This document shows positions 51,713 through 64,000 of a stretch of 64,000 bases of DNA, piece by piece; the stretch's first letter is position 1; the number at the start of each line of letters is the position of its first letter. Position numbers and translations under genes: made by a program. The stretch is from Octopus vulgaris. Taxonomy: Eukaryota. The stretch spans positions 60,698,001-60,762,000 of the forward strand of contig OX597819.1 in assembly GCA_951406725.2 (NCBI GenBank). The letters are read 5' to 3'. The notes beneath the pieces are model-generated. The model ran no database searches and was not told where the DNA came from. It worked only from the letters and a program-made list of their open reading frames with translations.

Positions 51713-52281
51713 GGCATTCTTTCAATATAACTTGATAGACCAAAATTCTTCAGTGCAGCTCTTTCCATGGCTGTTGTCAACTGTCAGTTGAGGAAATGGG
51801 AGGAGAAAAAAGCTAATGGGTTGTATGTGCGTGTGTGCTTGTTCCCCTGTCTGTGTGTATGTGCTTGTTCTTGTCTGTGTGTGTGTGCCTGTCCTGTTTT
51901 TATGTATTTATGTGTTGTTCCTTATGAACCAGGAACAAACAATGTGTTGTCGACTATAGATATGATAAAATTATGCCAACAATGTCGCATTTTAAACTTG
52001 AAGAAAAAAAGCCTTTTTCTTCCAGTTTAAAATGTGACATTGCTGGCATAATTTTGTTATATCTATAGTCCACAACACATAAATACATAAAAATAGGACA
52101 GGCACACACACTGACACAGACACGAACAAGCACGTATACAAAGGCAGAGGAACAAACATGCATGCATGTACAACCCATTAGCTTTCTTCTCCTCCCATTT
52201 TGTCAACTGATGGTTGGCAACAGCCACAGAAAGAGCCGAACTGAGGTGTTGTGGTCCATTGAGTTTTATCGAAAAAATGCC
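51713..52281. mobile_element. 569-bp foldback MITE with 8-bp TSD (Merlin- or Mutator-like)
   Basis: Arms of about 270 bp are reverse complements; termini GGCATT...AATGCC; TSD GCATTTTG at 51705-51712 and 52282-52289. Confidence 0.8.
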
Positions 52282-52968
52282 GCATTTTGTCTGTCCTTAA
52301 ATTTATCATCATACATCTATTTTCCATGATGACATGAGCTCGATTGTTTGACAAGAGCTGGCCAGCTGAACTACTTGGGCACCATGTCTGTTTTAGCATG
52401 GTTTCTATGGCTGGATGCCCTTCCTAATGCCGTGCACTGGGTGCAGCAGTGGCATGAATGCTTTTTATGTGGTACCAGCACCCTCGGTTCAAATTCAGTC
52501 AAGGTCAGCTTTGCCATTCATCCTTCCAGGATCAACAAAATAAGTATCATTTGAGCACTGGGGTCGATTTAAACCCATCCCCCCCGAAATTGCCGGCTTT
52601 AAATCAAAAGTAACTCCATCATTTAGATGACTCATGTGAAAAATCATTTTGTTCATCATCATTATCACCATTATTTAACATGTTTTCCATGCTGCATGGT
52701 TTGACAATCTGGCAAACTGCAGGGCTGCATTGAGCTCCGGTGTCAACTTTAGCAGGATTTCTTCATCTGGATGCCCTTCTTAACATCAACTACTTCGTAG
52801 TGTTTACTGTTGTTTTATTTATTAAAAGGATCAGTATTAATTTCTTGGAAGTGTTGTTTTCTTTTCAACTTAGTCTTTTCAACTTAATCTTTTCATCTTC
52901 ATCTTTACTTAATGTATTCAGTGTTTTTTCATGTGAAAATGAAATATTTATTTCACTTCTGTTTCTAG

Positions 52969-53034
52969 GACCTACCACTTCAGTGAAGAGGAAGAAGATA
53001 TTAAAAGAGTGGTCCGCAGTGCAAAGGATAAGAG
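52969..53034 (+). CDS. EIF3C: EIF3C exon (TYHFSEEEEDIKRVVRSAKDK-R)
   Basis: Hallmark KRVVRSAKDKRF motif of eIF3c. Confidence 0.96.
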
Positions 53035-54568
53035 GTGAGTTTTATTTATGATTATCCAGTTATTAAGGTTGTTATGTTGTTTGCTTAGATTTAACCCTTG
53101 AGACACTTGCAACTTTTTAGTGGTTTCAACAGTTTAAATCTAAATTTCTTCCTGAGATTGGTAACCTTTAATTACCATTTGTAGTGAAACCTTTAATTTG
53201 CTTCTAAAATTTAACTTGGTAATTATTTATTAGACGTTGCTGCACTGTAAATAGATTCTTTATTTCCAATCATATATATACCATATTCAATGGTGTATAA
53301 GGTGCACTTTTTTTTTCAAAACAATATCCAAAAAAATACATCCTGGGTCCTATGCATGAAGTTATGTCTATATTACATGCTTTCATGCACTACAATGTGT
53401 GTTGCTGAAATCCAGGTGAGTCTAAAATGCCCATGGATCTTTTATGCTATCAAATACAGTAGTTAGTATTGGGTTTAGTCTTTTAGTGTGTAAAATTTCT
53501 GAAACCTAGAATTTTTATCCTTTTTCCTTTTGTTTGGATTATTCTGGGTGCAATTTTTTTCTTCATGTGATTTCTTTTATGATAATACAATACAAAGCTG
53601 TTGGATGAAGTACAATATTCAGTTTTTTGATCTGTTCATGTTTATTTTGGTTTTCAAAAATTTGATTTCTATGTCTTGAATTGCTAATTAGTTTCACATT
53701 TAACATCAACTATCAGAGCACTTTCGTTTTATTTCTCTTGTTCCTTTGCCCTGAGACTAGGGAGGTAAGACAAAACTGAATAGCACCATTACCAAGTTAA
53801 ATGCCCTTACCAAGGACTCACTAACTAAACCAGTTGAGAATCACTGATAAAGTTATGAAGGGAGTTAATTAACTGATTGAAATTAAATTTTGATTTTAAT
53901 TAATGTCATAGTCGAATTAAAACACAATTTTCTCTGCTACTGAATTTTTACATTTTCATCATGAAACAAGCAATTTTGTGATTCCAATTACTTGTAATCT
54001 TATTTTATTCATATTGTTAATCACTTATTTAAAGTAAAAACGATTTGCAATAGGCATTAAATATTTGATTTATCTTTTAAACATAAAATCATTTTTAGTT
54101 TAGATTTTACGATCAAGTTTTAAAGTAACTTCAGTTCAAGATTTTATTAAATTTAAGACTTTGCAAAGAGAATAAAATGGGTTATTGTGTCAGGAAAATT
54201 TGTTTCTTTGACACTGAAATTATAAGTATTTGATACATTTTGTGTTTTTTCTTATAATTATTAGGCTTACAATAATAATAGTCATAAAAACTTTTAATGA
54301 ATTGAAACAAGATTGTTCTACTTGATAAATAGATGTAGACAGAAAGTAAATTAATGGATAAAAATTCTAAAAATTGACTGTTGTATGAAATCTTAGGAAA
54401 GGAGTTGCTGAGATTTTGTAAATCTGGTCAGTATTATACATGATGATTATTAAGTATTTAAATACTTCACCGGTCCTTGATTTTACTGATTCCAACGAAA
54501 TGAAAACCCTGAACTTGGAGTAATTCATTGTGTGATTCATGTTTTTCTTTGTTCTTTTGTTTTACTAG

Positions 54569-54645
54569 GTTTGAGGAGATGCAAAATGTTATTCGTCAAT
54601 TAAGAAATCATAAAAAAATCAAAGATATGTCTAATGTATTGACGG
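54569..54645 (+). CDS. EIF3C: EIF3C exon (FEEMQNVIRQLRNHKKIKDMSNVLT)
   Basis: FEE...IR.IRN.KKIKD motif; AG/GT boundaries; phase-consistent. Confidence 0.95.
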
Positions 54646-55724
54646 GTATGTATTATTTTTAATAATAATAAACCTTTCTATTATGGGCACAAGGCTTGGA
54701 ATTTTGAGGGGAGGGGGTTAGTTGATCACACCGACTCCAGTGTTTGACTGGTACTTAATTTATTGATCCTGAAAGAATGAAAGGCAAAATTGACCCCAGT
54801 GGCATTTGACCTCAGGACATAGAGATAGACAAAATGCCGCTAAGTATCTTGCCTGGCATGCTAATGATTCTGCCAGCTCACCACCCTATATAATAATGAT
54901 AATGCGTTTATTGTATAGAGTGCTCAGATGCACTACAACTCATCAGAAAAAGCACCTGAAAGTGCATGAGCAGCTCATAGAATAATAATGCACAGAAAGC
55001 GAACAGTGAATGAATCATTTAAAAAAGAAGTGGGAAGATGTACTGTTGGTGAATTTCAGGAAGCATAGAAGTTCTGAAGGAAGTAATGTTCTGACAGCTA
55101 TATTCCTTTTTTAGCTATTGCTCTAATGGTTAGAGAATTCCATGTCGTTACTAGATTTTTACTTTGTAGTTTTAAAACTGTAATTTTTAGAATGAGAAGA
55201 CATTTGCTTATTGATTTATGTTATTTTCATTTACTTCAAATTAACTGAAATTTTAAGTGGTTTTTCAGAAATCTTGTTAGATCATTGATCACTTATATGT
55301 AATATATAAATCAGTATGCTTATTTAGAAGACTATTCTACCTTAGTTCTGACTGGAGTTGTTTTATCCTTTCATTTTAAGACTTAATTTTAGTCTATGAG
55401 ATTGATAAAATAGGCATCAGGTAAGGTTACGGGTTGATATATAAGTGAGACTAAAGCCCTTGGTAAAGTGTGTAACAGCATGACTGCCACTTCCATGTCT
55501 TCTTTCTCCAAATTGTCTCTAGCTAGATTGTCATTTAGCTTTAAACTCTGCAATCATTAATCATTCATTTTATGTTCTTTAAGTATATTATTCATTGGAG
55601 AAAAGACCTAACATTTACAACTCTGTGTGTCTTGTTTGTTGGTGTACTTTGACATTTATCTTCTTTTATTTAATGAAAAGAAATATTTTTAATGCATTAA
55701 AATGTTTGTTATTTTTTCTTTTAG

Positions 55725-55837
55725 ATTTTGAAGCTCTTACTAAAGCTTTTGAAAAAGCTAAAAAAATTGTTGACATTGAGGGAATGCCAAGATTTTACCT
55801 TCGATGCCTTGTAGAATTAGAGGATTTTGTTAATGAG
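55725..55837 (+). CDS. EIF3C: EIF3C exon ([37 protein letters not shown])
   Basis: PRFY.R.L.ELED motif. Confidence 0.96.
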
Positions 55838-57048
55838 GTATGTTTTTTTTTTCTTTGAATCTTTTTTATACAATGATCTGTTTTTATAGCTGTGGTTCTG
55901 GACCATTTTTTGCCTGAGAACCCCTTTCATTCCTATTTTACTCTATTGGACCCTCATAACTATTCGATGTATATATATTAAAAAATTCCTACTGTATTTT
56001 TATGATTATATTTTTATGGGGAATTCTATAAAAAAATAAAAATATTTTGTGTATGATAGAAGTAAAAGCAATTCATTGCACTAACAAAATCTTATATGAA
56101 CCCCACCAAGGGCTACCACTGCTCTAAAGGATATATTATTTTAAAATTTGTTTTTGACTGTTAGCTAGCTTTTATTCTGAAATATTAGGAGAGTTTTACA
56201 AGTCATTATTTCAAACATTACAAAAATCATTATAGCTGTTTGAAGTTTAATAATTAGTTGCTGAAATATGGCTTTTGGTAAATTTCATCAATTAGATATA
56301 GCAAAAAATTCTCTTTTCTATTCTGCGTTACTCATTTAAATGTGATGAATATGTGATTACAGGTCGTTTGAGGCAGATGGGGAATGGAAGTGTTAATGTG
56401 ACTGAAAATCTGGGAGAAGGAAATTTTTGAGGTGTTCTCCTTACCAGAATGTTTACACATGTTATGAAAATTCCATCTATCCATGCATCCATTTTAAGCC
56501 ACTATTCCTGGGAGGGCTATGGGAGTAAATTCCTGGGGTACCTCACCACTATTGGGTCCCATGAGAAACAACTGTCATTGTACTTTCTGGCTGGATTCCC
56601 AAATGAAACCAACTGAGGCTGGATATTATCTGTGGTCTATTCCAAGTTGGCTTGGCTTCAAGAGTCCATTTTGCTATTCTTTTCTGTGTTGTTCTAATCA
56701 CATGTCCATAGTGAAAATTGAACCAGAAAATCTTCAGTATGTAATTTTAGCTTTAACCCATTATCATTTAAACTGGCCGTATCCAGCCCAAATATTCTAC
56801 CTGTTTTATGTTCAAACTGGCCGGATCTGGCTTCTCACACCTACCCTAAAATATCATTCTAAGAATAAACAATTGATGCAGTAATCCATTTTGCACCATC
56901 AAAATCTCAAAGCTACAAGATAATACATGATTAATGCAAAACAAAAGGAATAATTTACGTTTGACAGAGTAATATGAATGCTAAAGGGTTCAATCAACTG
57001 TTTTAATTTTCTGCTTGAAGTAATAAAATGTGTTTTCTTTTCTTACAG

Positions 57049-57174
57049 TGTTGGGACGATAAAGAGGGAAGAAAGCAGATGAGCAAAAACAATGCTCGAG
57101 GGTTGACCACTCTTCGTCAACGTCTTCGGCGTTACAAACGGGACTATGAAGAAGAGATCTCAAAATACCGAGAG
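57049..57174 (+). CDS. EIF3C: EIF3C exon (CWDDKEGRKQMSKNNARGLTTLRQRLRRYKRDYEEEISKYRE)
   Basis: W.DKEG.K.M.KNNA..L.TLRQ motif. Confidence 0.96.
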
Positions 57175-57356
57175 GTATGTTATCACAGTTTTGTTTTTTG
57201 ATTATTTGTTGGATTTGTATTTTTTTTTTCTTTTCAATCAACCATTCAGAAAATTAGTTATTTTGACATGGCTTCTGATTGTACATCATATATTTGGGGA
57301 AAAAAAATTCTAAGACATTGAGATTTTGTAAACATGTATACTTGTAACCTAGGTGT

Positions 57357-57388
<32 letters not shown>

Positions 57389-58982
57389 CAAGATTGGGCA
57401 TGTATGCAAATGAGTCTTAGATGAAGAGTTATGTATAAGATGGCCTTTGCAAGTGTGTACAGCACACGTGTGATACATGTAAATATTTGTTGTTGAGGGT
57501 ATGACTCTTACTGTCTTACTTTTTATAATATAAGTTTTTTTTTTTGAAGACCATGAAAATCAAATGGTAGTGTCTTCTACATCACATCTAAAAAAACACT
57601 AATCTATGATATATGTATGTTCATATAGGTGTATTTTTTCTTGTGTGAATGTGTGAGAGGATGTATGTATGTGTGTGCATAATTAATGTTTTTATGTATT
57701 TAACTGGATCACTATTTTCTGTAAATTGCTTGATTTATACAATTTTTATATATTTTTTATTACTTTGTTTACATCAGTTTTCCTCTGCTAGTCTCAGTAG
57801 AACGAACTTTTACTTGGTTTTTAACAATTGGATGTCTTTCTTCTTGCTAACAACTTAACCTTAAAACAAATTGTCATTGTTTAGTCCCAGGTTGGCTCTG
57901 ATGAAGCAGAGCAGATTCATGATAGATGTTCCAACTCTGACCATCCGGGGGGGGGGGGGGAATTTGGTTTCTATTTTTAGCATATTGAGTGACCATGTAG
58001 AGAACCTCCCTTATTTTGACAGGCACAGTAGAGGGGTAACACTTCCAGCTCACTAATCTTTCTGCTATGGTGCTTTATCATTCATGTTACTCAAGTTTTA
58101 AAGAGATTAAATAGAATCTTTGTTGGACATACCCAGCTGTTATTTCATTTAGATTGATATTTCTTTGGTTTCATTAGAAAACCTCACTGATTGAATTTAT
58201 AGCACAGTGAATTACATGATAATGCTGATTATTTATCGATAAAAATAAATTAAACTTCAACCAGTGGTGAGGCTCCAGCTTGGGTATTCATTTGCATTGG
58301 GGAGGGTGGAGTTATTCCTTAGTCGCCTAGTCATCACTAGTCACAGGTCTGCTTTGCCCTAGGGTTGTATACCTGTTCCCGATGTAAACCAAGTAGCTGA
58401 AGATGACCCTATGGCTAAAGTATCCTACTCAGATGAGGGTTGGCTCCTAAACATGTATCATAAAGTCCTAGTATGTAGGTATCTTGATGTTACATGAACC
58501 AGACTTCTCTGTCTATAGGTTAAATAGACCATGTACCTCAAGGGCAAGCTTGGGGGAATAGGAGACTAGCATAGTTAAACTAAATAAACTGGCAAAAGGC
58601 AATGGGAAACCATTGCTATATCTTGTTTCAGACTTTAGCTTAGAGACTCATGATCAATACTTGTAGGTATGGCACATGAAGATAGAAATAAATACTTTGA
58701 GTGACACTGGCTGTGTGCCATATCAGTGTAAGTGAACTGCTGATGAACGAAATCTAAGTTTCATGTTTGATTCCTGGTTGTAGCTAATTCACTTATTACC
58801 CTTTAGTAAAGGAATGAACTCTACACTTTAGAAGTCTATACGGCTGTTCATTCGTTAGTGGAACAGATGTTAAAACAATAAAGCTATGTAACATTTACTT
58901 ATGCATAAATCTAAATCTTTAATACTGAAAAAAAAAAAGTTTTCTTTTTGTCATTTAAAAAAAATTCTTTTATCTTTTCCAG

Positions 58983-59052
58983 AATCCAGATGAAGGAGAT
59001 GAATATGATGAAGGTTCTGATGTTGGAGATGATGACGACGATGATGATGATG
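58983..59052 (+). CDS. EIF3C: EIF3C exon (NPDEGDEYDEGSDVGDDDDDDDD)
   Basis: Continues YRE|NPD into the acidic region; ttttccag and gtaagt boundaries. Confidence 0.9.
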
Positions 59053-59759
59053 GTAAGTTTTTTTCTTAATTAATTTGTATATCTATGACATGTGGCATGT
59101 AAAAAGCACCCACTACATTCTCAGAGTGGTTGGTGTTAGGAAGAGCATCCAACTGTAGAAACATTGCCAGATCAGATTGGAGCTTGGTGCTGCTGCTGGC
59201 TCTCCAGACCTCAGTCAAACCATCCAACTCACGCCAGCATGGAAAACGGACGTTAAACGATGATGATGATGATGAATCTTGACAAAAGTATTGATAAAAC
59301 TAGTTTTTAAACATCAAATGGCAATGAGGGTCCACCAGAATAAAATATAGTAATCAAAGGGATTATTATAGTAATCAAGCAAAATTAGTAAATTGAGGGA
59401 GTTACAGCAGTATTGTAAAACAAATTTTGATGTATGTATTGGTATCTGTTGCAAGAAACCGCTTGGTTTATTTTTTTCTAACATTTTACATAGTTCAACC
59501 TACACAAGTGAATGTGTGAAAAATAAGAATTTTGACAGAAGTTTCTATAAAACTAAATAGTTATCAAAAGAGTCTATAGATAGAAAATGGTTGAGAATCT
59601 CTGGTTTAGAACAATTTCTATCTCCTTTGCAATTATGGAGTGAGAGTGATGTGTCAGTTGTTGGCCGAGTCAGAAAAGTGCCTTTGTTTAGGATCATCAT
59701 CGTTTAACATTCGATTTCCATGCTGGCATGGGTTGGACAAATGGGGAAAAAAGAAGGCG

Positions 59760-59831
59760 TTCCCATGCCAGGAATCGAACCCAGACCGCCTGGGTGAAAG
59801 CCAGAAATCCTAACCACTAGACCACATGGGA
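59760..59831 (-). tRNA. tRNA-Glu (TTC), intronic and antisense to EIF3C; may be a young pseudogene
   Basis: 72 nt TCCCATGTGGTCTAGTGGTTAGGATTTCTGGCTTTCACCCAGGCGGTCTGGGTTCGATTCCTGGCATGGGAA. Perfect 7-bp acceptor stem, A and B boxes, anticodon loop CTTTCAC, T6 run shortly downstream. Confidence 0.85.
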
Positions 59832-59967
59832 TGTGTTACATTATTGTAAACTTAAACTTTGCAACTGTTTCTCTGCCATTCGTTATTAGCCAATGATCTC
59901 AGTATTACTCGATTAACATTATTTTGTGAAAATGTCTCTAATATTTATTAATAATTGGTTTCTGTAG

Positions 59968-60044
59968 ATAATTCTTTGTCTGGAGATGATGATAAGATGT
60001 TGGATTTTACTCGGAAAAGTGATCATGAACCTGTTAAACCCAAG
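59968..60044 (+). CDS. EIF3C: EIF3C exon (NSLSGDDDKMLDFTRKSDHEPVKPK)
   Basis: Phase 1 to 0, AG/GT boundaries, keeps the frame. Confidence 0.82.
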
Positions 60045-60722
60045 GTAGGTCAGTTGTTTGTATTGTGTAATTAAAATGCTTCAGTGGGTGAACCTTCCAT
60101 AAAATTTAGAGAAGAACTTAACTATTGTTATATTAAAGTGTTAAATAATTGATTATGTTAGGGTAGTGGATTATCAGAATCCACATTAAGAAGGGTATCC
60201 AGCTGTAGGAGCCATGCCAAAACAGATAATTGGAGCCTGGTGCAGCTCTTCAGCTTGACAGCTCCTGTCAAACTGTCCAACCCATGCCAGCATGGAGAAC
60301 AAACGTTAAATGACGATGAAGTTAGAGCTCTGGACAAAATACCTAATGGTATTTGATTTGGTTCTTTATGCTCCCAGGTCAAATCCTGCTGATGTCAACT
60401 TTTCCTTTCATCTCTCTGAGGTTGTTAAAATAAAGTACCTGTCGAGTTTTAGAGCTGATGTAATTGACTAACTCCCTTCCTTTAAAACTGCTGGTTTCGT
60501 ACCTAATTCAGGAATAGTTATATAATTAGCTATTTAGGAAAAAAAGATGCTGCCACTTATTGAAAATTAGTATGAAAATAATTGAATCTAGTTAAAACAT
60601 TTTCAAGATTAATGAAGCCAAACCATTTTTCATCATAGAGAAGGGGCAGGTCAAAATACATGTGAAGAAAAACACGAGCAGTTAAAAGTGAGAGTTATGC
60701 CTTTTTAGTAAATCGTTTAGAC

Positions 60723-61272
60723 CAGTGATTCTCAGCCAGGGTCCATATAAGATTTTTAGGGGTCCACACAAAATAGCAAATTGGGTTCCACAATAGTGCT
60801 TTAACCCTTTCATTACTGTATTTATTTTGAGATGCTCTGTGTTTCTTTCAATTACTTTAAATATAACAAAGAGTTTAGTAAAATAACTTAGTTGTCGTTA
60901 AGCTAGTGTTAGGAACATAAATTGTGACTAAGGTTTGGTGGAAGATTTTAATTAAAAACTTATGAAAACAAGACATTTGTAGTCAGAGCCAGAGCCGGTT
61001 TCAGCCGGGTTGGTAACAAGGGTTAAGGGACTCCTGGAAAATTTTTGCTTTAGATGTATTTATTGGCATTTATTGCAAGAAACAACCAGGTTTCTTTCTA
61101 TAACAATTTCTATAGGTCAACCTACACAAGTTAATGTGTAAAAAACAAAATTGGAATTTCGAAGAAAAGTTTCTATAAAACTAGTTTTTAAGCATCGAAT
61201 GACTATGGGGGTCCACCAGAATAAAATAGTAATCAAAGGGGTCCTTAGATAAAAAATGGTTGAGAACCCTTG
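60723..61272. mobile_element. hAT (Charlie/Buster-like) MITE carrying a nested piggyBac-like MITE
   Basis: CAGTGATTCTC...GAGAACCCTTG ends; 8-bp TSD GTTTAGAC with central TA at 60715-60722 and 61273-61280. Confidence 0.8.
60805..61022 (-). mobile_element. piggyBac-like MITE (TTAA TSD)
   Basis: TTAA|CCCTTT...AAGGG|TTAA; reverse complement of the copy at 31756-31975. Confidence 0.8.
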
Positions 61273-61936
61273 GTTTAGACTTTTAAAATGTTTTAACAAT
61301 TATTTTCCGAACATGTTCACACATTGGGTCTAATGTGTAAGAGGACTGTTATCTTTTATCATTTGTCCTTTACTTGAAGGGTTTAGTCAAATAGATCAAT
61401 CCCTCTACTTAATTCTTAGTTTGGTACTTATTCCATTTGATCACTTTTGTCAAACTACAAAGTTACAGGGCTGCAAACTAATAGAAACCAGTTGTCAAGT
61501 GATAGTGGGGGACAAATACAAACACACACACGAATATACATGTATACAACAGGCTACCACTCAGTTTCTGTCTACCAAATTCATTACTAAGGCATTGGTC
61601 AGCCTGAGGCTATAGTAGAAGACACTTGCTCAAGGTGTTGTGTTGTGAGACTTAACCCCAAATCCACATGGTGGCATAGTGAGCTTCCTAACAGCCAAAC
61701 CTGTGCCTGGAGTAATGTTTCAACTTTGAACAAACAACTTGCAGATGCACAAGTTTATGGGGGTCATCAGGAGAGAATGCGCACCGTTTCGGGGCCTTCC
61801 TCTTGACAGCTGAATAAATTGTTCAACAAGTGAAACTTTTGCTTTTGTTTTGTGCTTTGATATTCCTTGCATACCAATTAATTAATTAGCTATCATATTA
61901 TGCAGTTCAATTTTTAATTAACTCTTCTATTTTTAG

Positions 61937-62046
61937 CAAGAGTCTTCTTCAGATGATGATGATGATGAATGGAGTGAATACGGTTCAGATGAATCTTCAT
62001 CAGATGATGATGACTATGACCATATTGCTGCTTCCTTCTTGAAAAA
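61937..62046 (+). CDS. EIF3C: EIF3C exon (QESSSDDDDDEWSEYGSDESSSDDDDYDHIAASFLK-K); gene continues past window
   Basis: Acidic D.W.S..ESSS.D..FLKK motif of eIF3c; gtaagt donor. Confidence 0.9.
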
Positions 62047-62472
62047 GTAAGTCTTTCTAAAAATTGATTTTTTTCTTTTCTTTTTCAATTTAATATGAAA
62101 TATTCTAATTTAAAATAAGATATTAGTTTCTTGGAGATTAGCATAACATGTGAAAAAAAAAAAAAAACTAGCTTTGAATATCTTTAAATTATATTTAAAT
62201 TGACATCAAAATAGTATTTTATTTTAAAGTTATTATCTTCCTTATTATTATTAAGTTGAGAAGTTGGTTTTACAATTGGCACCCAAATTCTTGGATATTA
62301 ATCCCTGAAGTTTCAGTATAATTTTTCCTGTAATTTCTGTTATCAGTTATCTCCTTTTATATTCAGCAGTAAAGAACACTTATGAGAGCTGGACAGCAAA
62401 AGGTTTTCATAGAAACCCAAAGACATCTGTCCCTGGCGAGTGTTTTGACCCTTAACTGCTTACACTCTAAGG

Positions 62473-62836
62473 TAGCGTTTCTAAACGGGAGTTCCCTGGA
62501 ACCCTAGGGTTCTGCAAAAGGTTCCTAGGGGTTCTGCGAGAAAGAGTGAGATAAGCTAATGCTAATTTCATGTGCATGTATAGTAATATTACTATACATG
62601 CACAACATATTGGTTATTGTAATGTTGTAATATAGACATCATCCTATCTAACCTATTATGTTATCAAAAAAATATAACAGTCATATATATATATATATAT
62701 GTGATATTTACCTAGTGAACTATGATGAAAAAATGTGAGAAAGGTAAGGCACATAATTTTTTCTGTGTAGGGGTTCCTTGAGACATGTAATTTGTTTTAA
62801 GGGTTATGCAAGGGTAAAAAGGGTTGAGAAACACTG
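62473..62836. mobile_element. hAT-like MITE
   Basis: TAGCGTTTCTAAAC...GTTGAGAAACACTG; near-TSD CTCTAAGG/CTCTAAGA. Confidence 0.65.
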
Positions 62837-62859
62837 CTCTAAGAGGACTGGGCCACATC

Positions 62860-63320
62860 CTGGCCATGCCTCTTGGATACTCCTTTGCTGCCACCTCTGT
62901 ACTATTGTCTATGTTGCAACCCCCCTGGATGGTAAAGGTACTCCAGAGCCATGGTATTTTGGGTGTTGTGATCAGTTCAGTCTAAGACACCAATTGACTG
63001 TAGGGTAAATTATGCCTTTTGAAATTCATTTCCATTCCTCCTTGGCCAGATCCAGTTGGAACATGTCTCTGCTGCTTCTGCTATTGTCTTAAGTGCTCTG
63101 GTTCTCTTTCTCTCAGGAATTGAGAGCCACTTAAGGTGATTATATGCAGACTTTCCCACAAACCCTCTTGCACCCACCTCTGGTGAGGACAGTGGCTTGG
63201 AAGCCAGATTTTCTCAGTCTGATGGTTAGGTTAGACTGTCATATTTTTCAGTCTTTTAGATGTGGGCTTCCTCCATTCTGCTTTCACAATGAGTTCAATC
63301 AGAATAACTCGTTTTGATGT
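62860..63320 (-). mobile_element. Decayed 3' end of an RLE-type non-LTR retrotransposon (Hero/NeSL-like)
   Basis: KRVILIEL...EEAH..K.EKY...EVGARGFVGKS...IAEAAETCSNWIW with frameshifts. Confidence 0.75.
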
Positions 63321-64000
63321 ATGATGAGTTAAGAATATTGTGAGCAATGTAAATTTTGTTGGAGTAAGTGATGAAAACCTTTTACAAATTGTTGATATAA
63401 GACAAAGGAGTGGTTTAGTGAAGTAGCTGAAGATTTGTTGGATTGACAGATAAATTCACTCTAGGCATGGCATGGAAACATACAGGCTAAGATTTTAGTA
63501 TATGTCAATAATTTATGTAAAAAAATTTGTTTGTAGATTTAACCCTTAGCATTTAAATTGGTCATATCTGGCCCAGATATTCTTCTTGTTTTATGTTCAA
63601 ACCAGCCAAATGCGACTTCTCACACGTACCATACAATGTCATACTAAAAATGAGTAATTATAGGCACAGGTATGGCTGTGTGGTGGGAAGCTTGCTTCCC
63701 AACCATATGGTTCTGGGTCAGTCCCACTGCATGGCACCTTGATCAAGTATCTTCTACTATAGCCTTGGGCTGATCAAAGCTTTGTGAGTAGATTTGGTAG
63801 ACAAACTGAAAGAAACCTATCATGTAAATATATATATATATATATGTGTGTCTGTGTTTGTTCCTCCTACCATCATTTGACAACTGATGCTGGTGTGTTT
63901 ATGTCCCTGTAACTTAGTGGTTTAGCAAAAGAGACCAACAGAATAAATACTAGGCTTACAAAGAATAAGTCCTGGAGTCGATTTCTTTGACTAGAACCCT

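Noticed and set aside
57896-57945. TGATGA...CTGA as a C/D box snoRNA in an EIF3C intron
   Set aside because: Too short, no terminal stem, and similar to a dispersed repeat seen near 35880 and 42160
320-63008. Most short ORFs in the supplied track (poly-YI, CV, HT, LS peptides and recurrent LLSVSVYQIHSQGFG or RRHLPKVPHSGTEP peptides)
   Set aside because: They are translations of microsatellites and multi-copy SINEs, not genes

Overview
AT-rich, repeat- and microsatellite-dense eukaryotic DNA. The SINE families resemble those of octopus (cephalopod); this is an inference from memory, not a database match. The window holds two intron-rich housekeeping genes in head-to-head orientation. AP5M1 (AP-5 mu/MUDENG) is on the minus strand, with 13 coding exons from 41040 down to 1329; its last exon appears to lie outside the window. 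EIF3C is on the plus strand, with a probable 5'UTR exon near 44.7 kb and 8 coding exons from 49749 to 62046, and it continues past the window end. The introns contain a tRNA-Glu(TTC), a full-length decayed DD34E Tc1 transposon, a young 5'-truncated CR1/L2-type LINE, Hero/NeSL-like and RTE LINE remnants, hAT-, piggyBac- and Merlin-like MITEs, and many tRNA-derived SINEs. The most striking object is a non-coding element at 36572-37307, inserted in a (TA)n tract. It has identical 200-bp direct repeats, a 536-nt period and an intact type I hammerhead ribozyme, which makes it a candidate retrozyme or non-autonomous Penelope-like circular-RNA element. Several more decayed, mostly TA-associated, look-alikes occur nearby.
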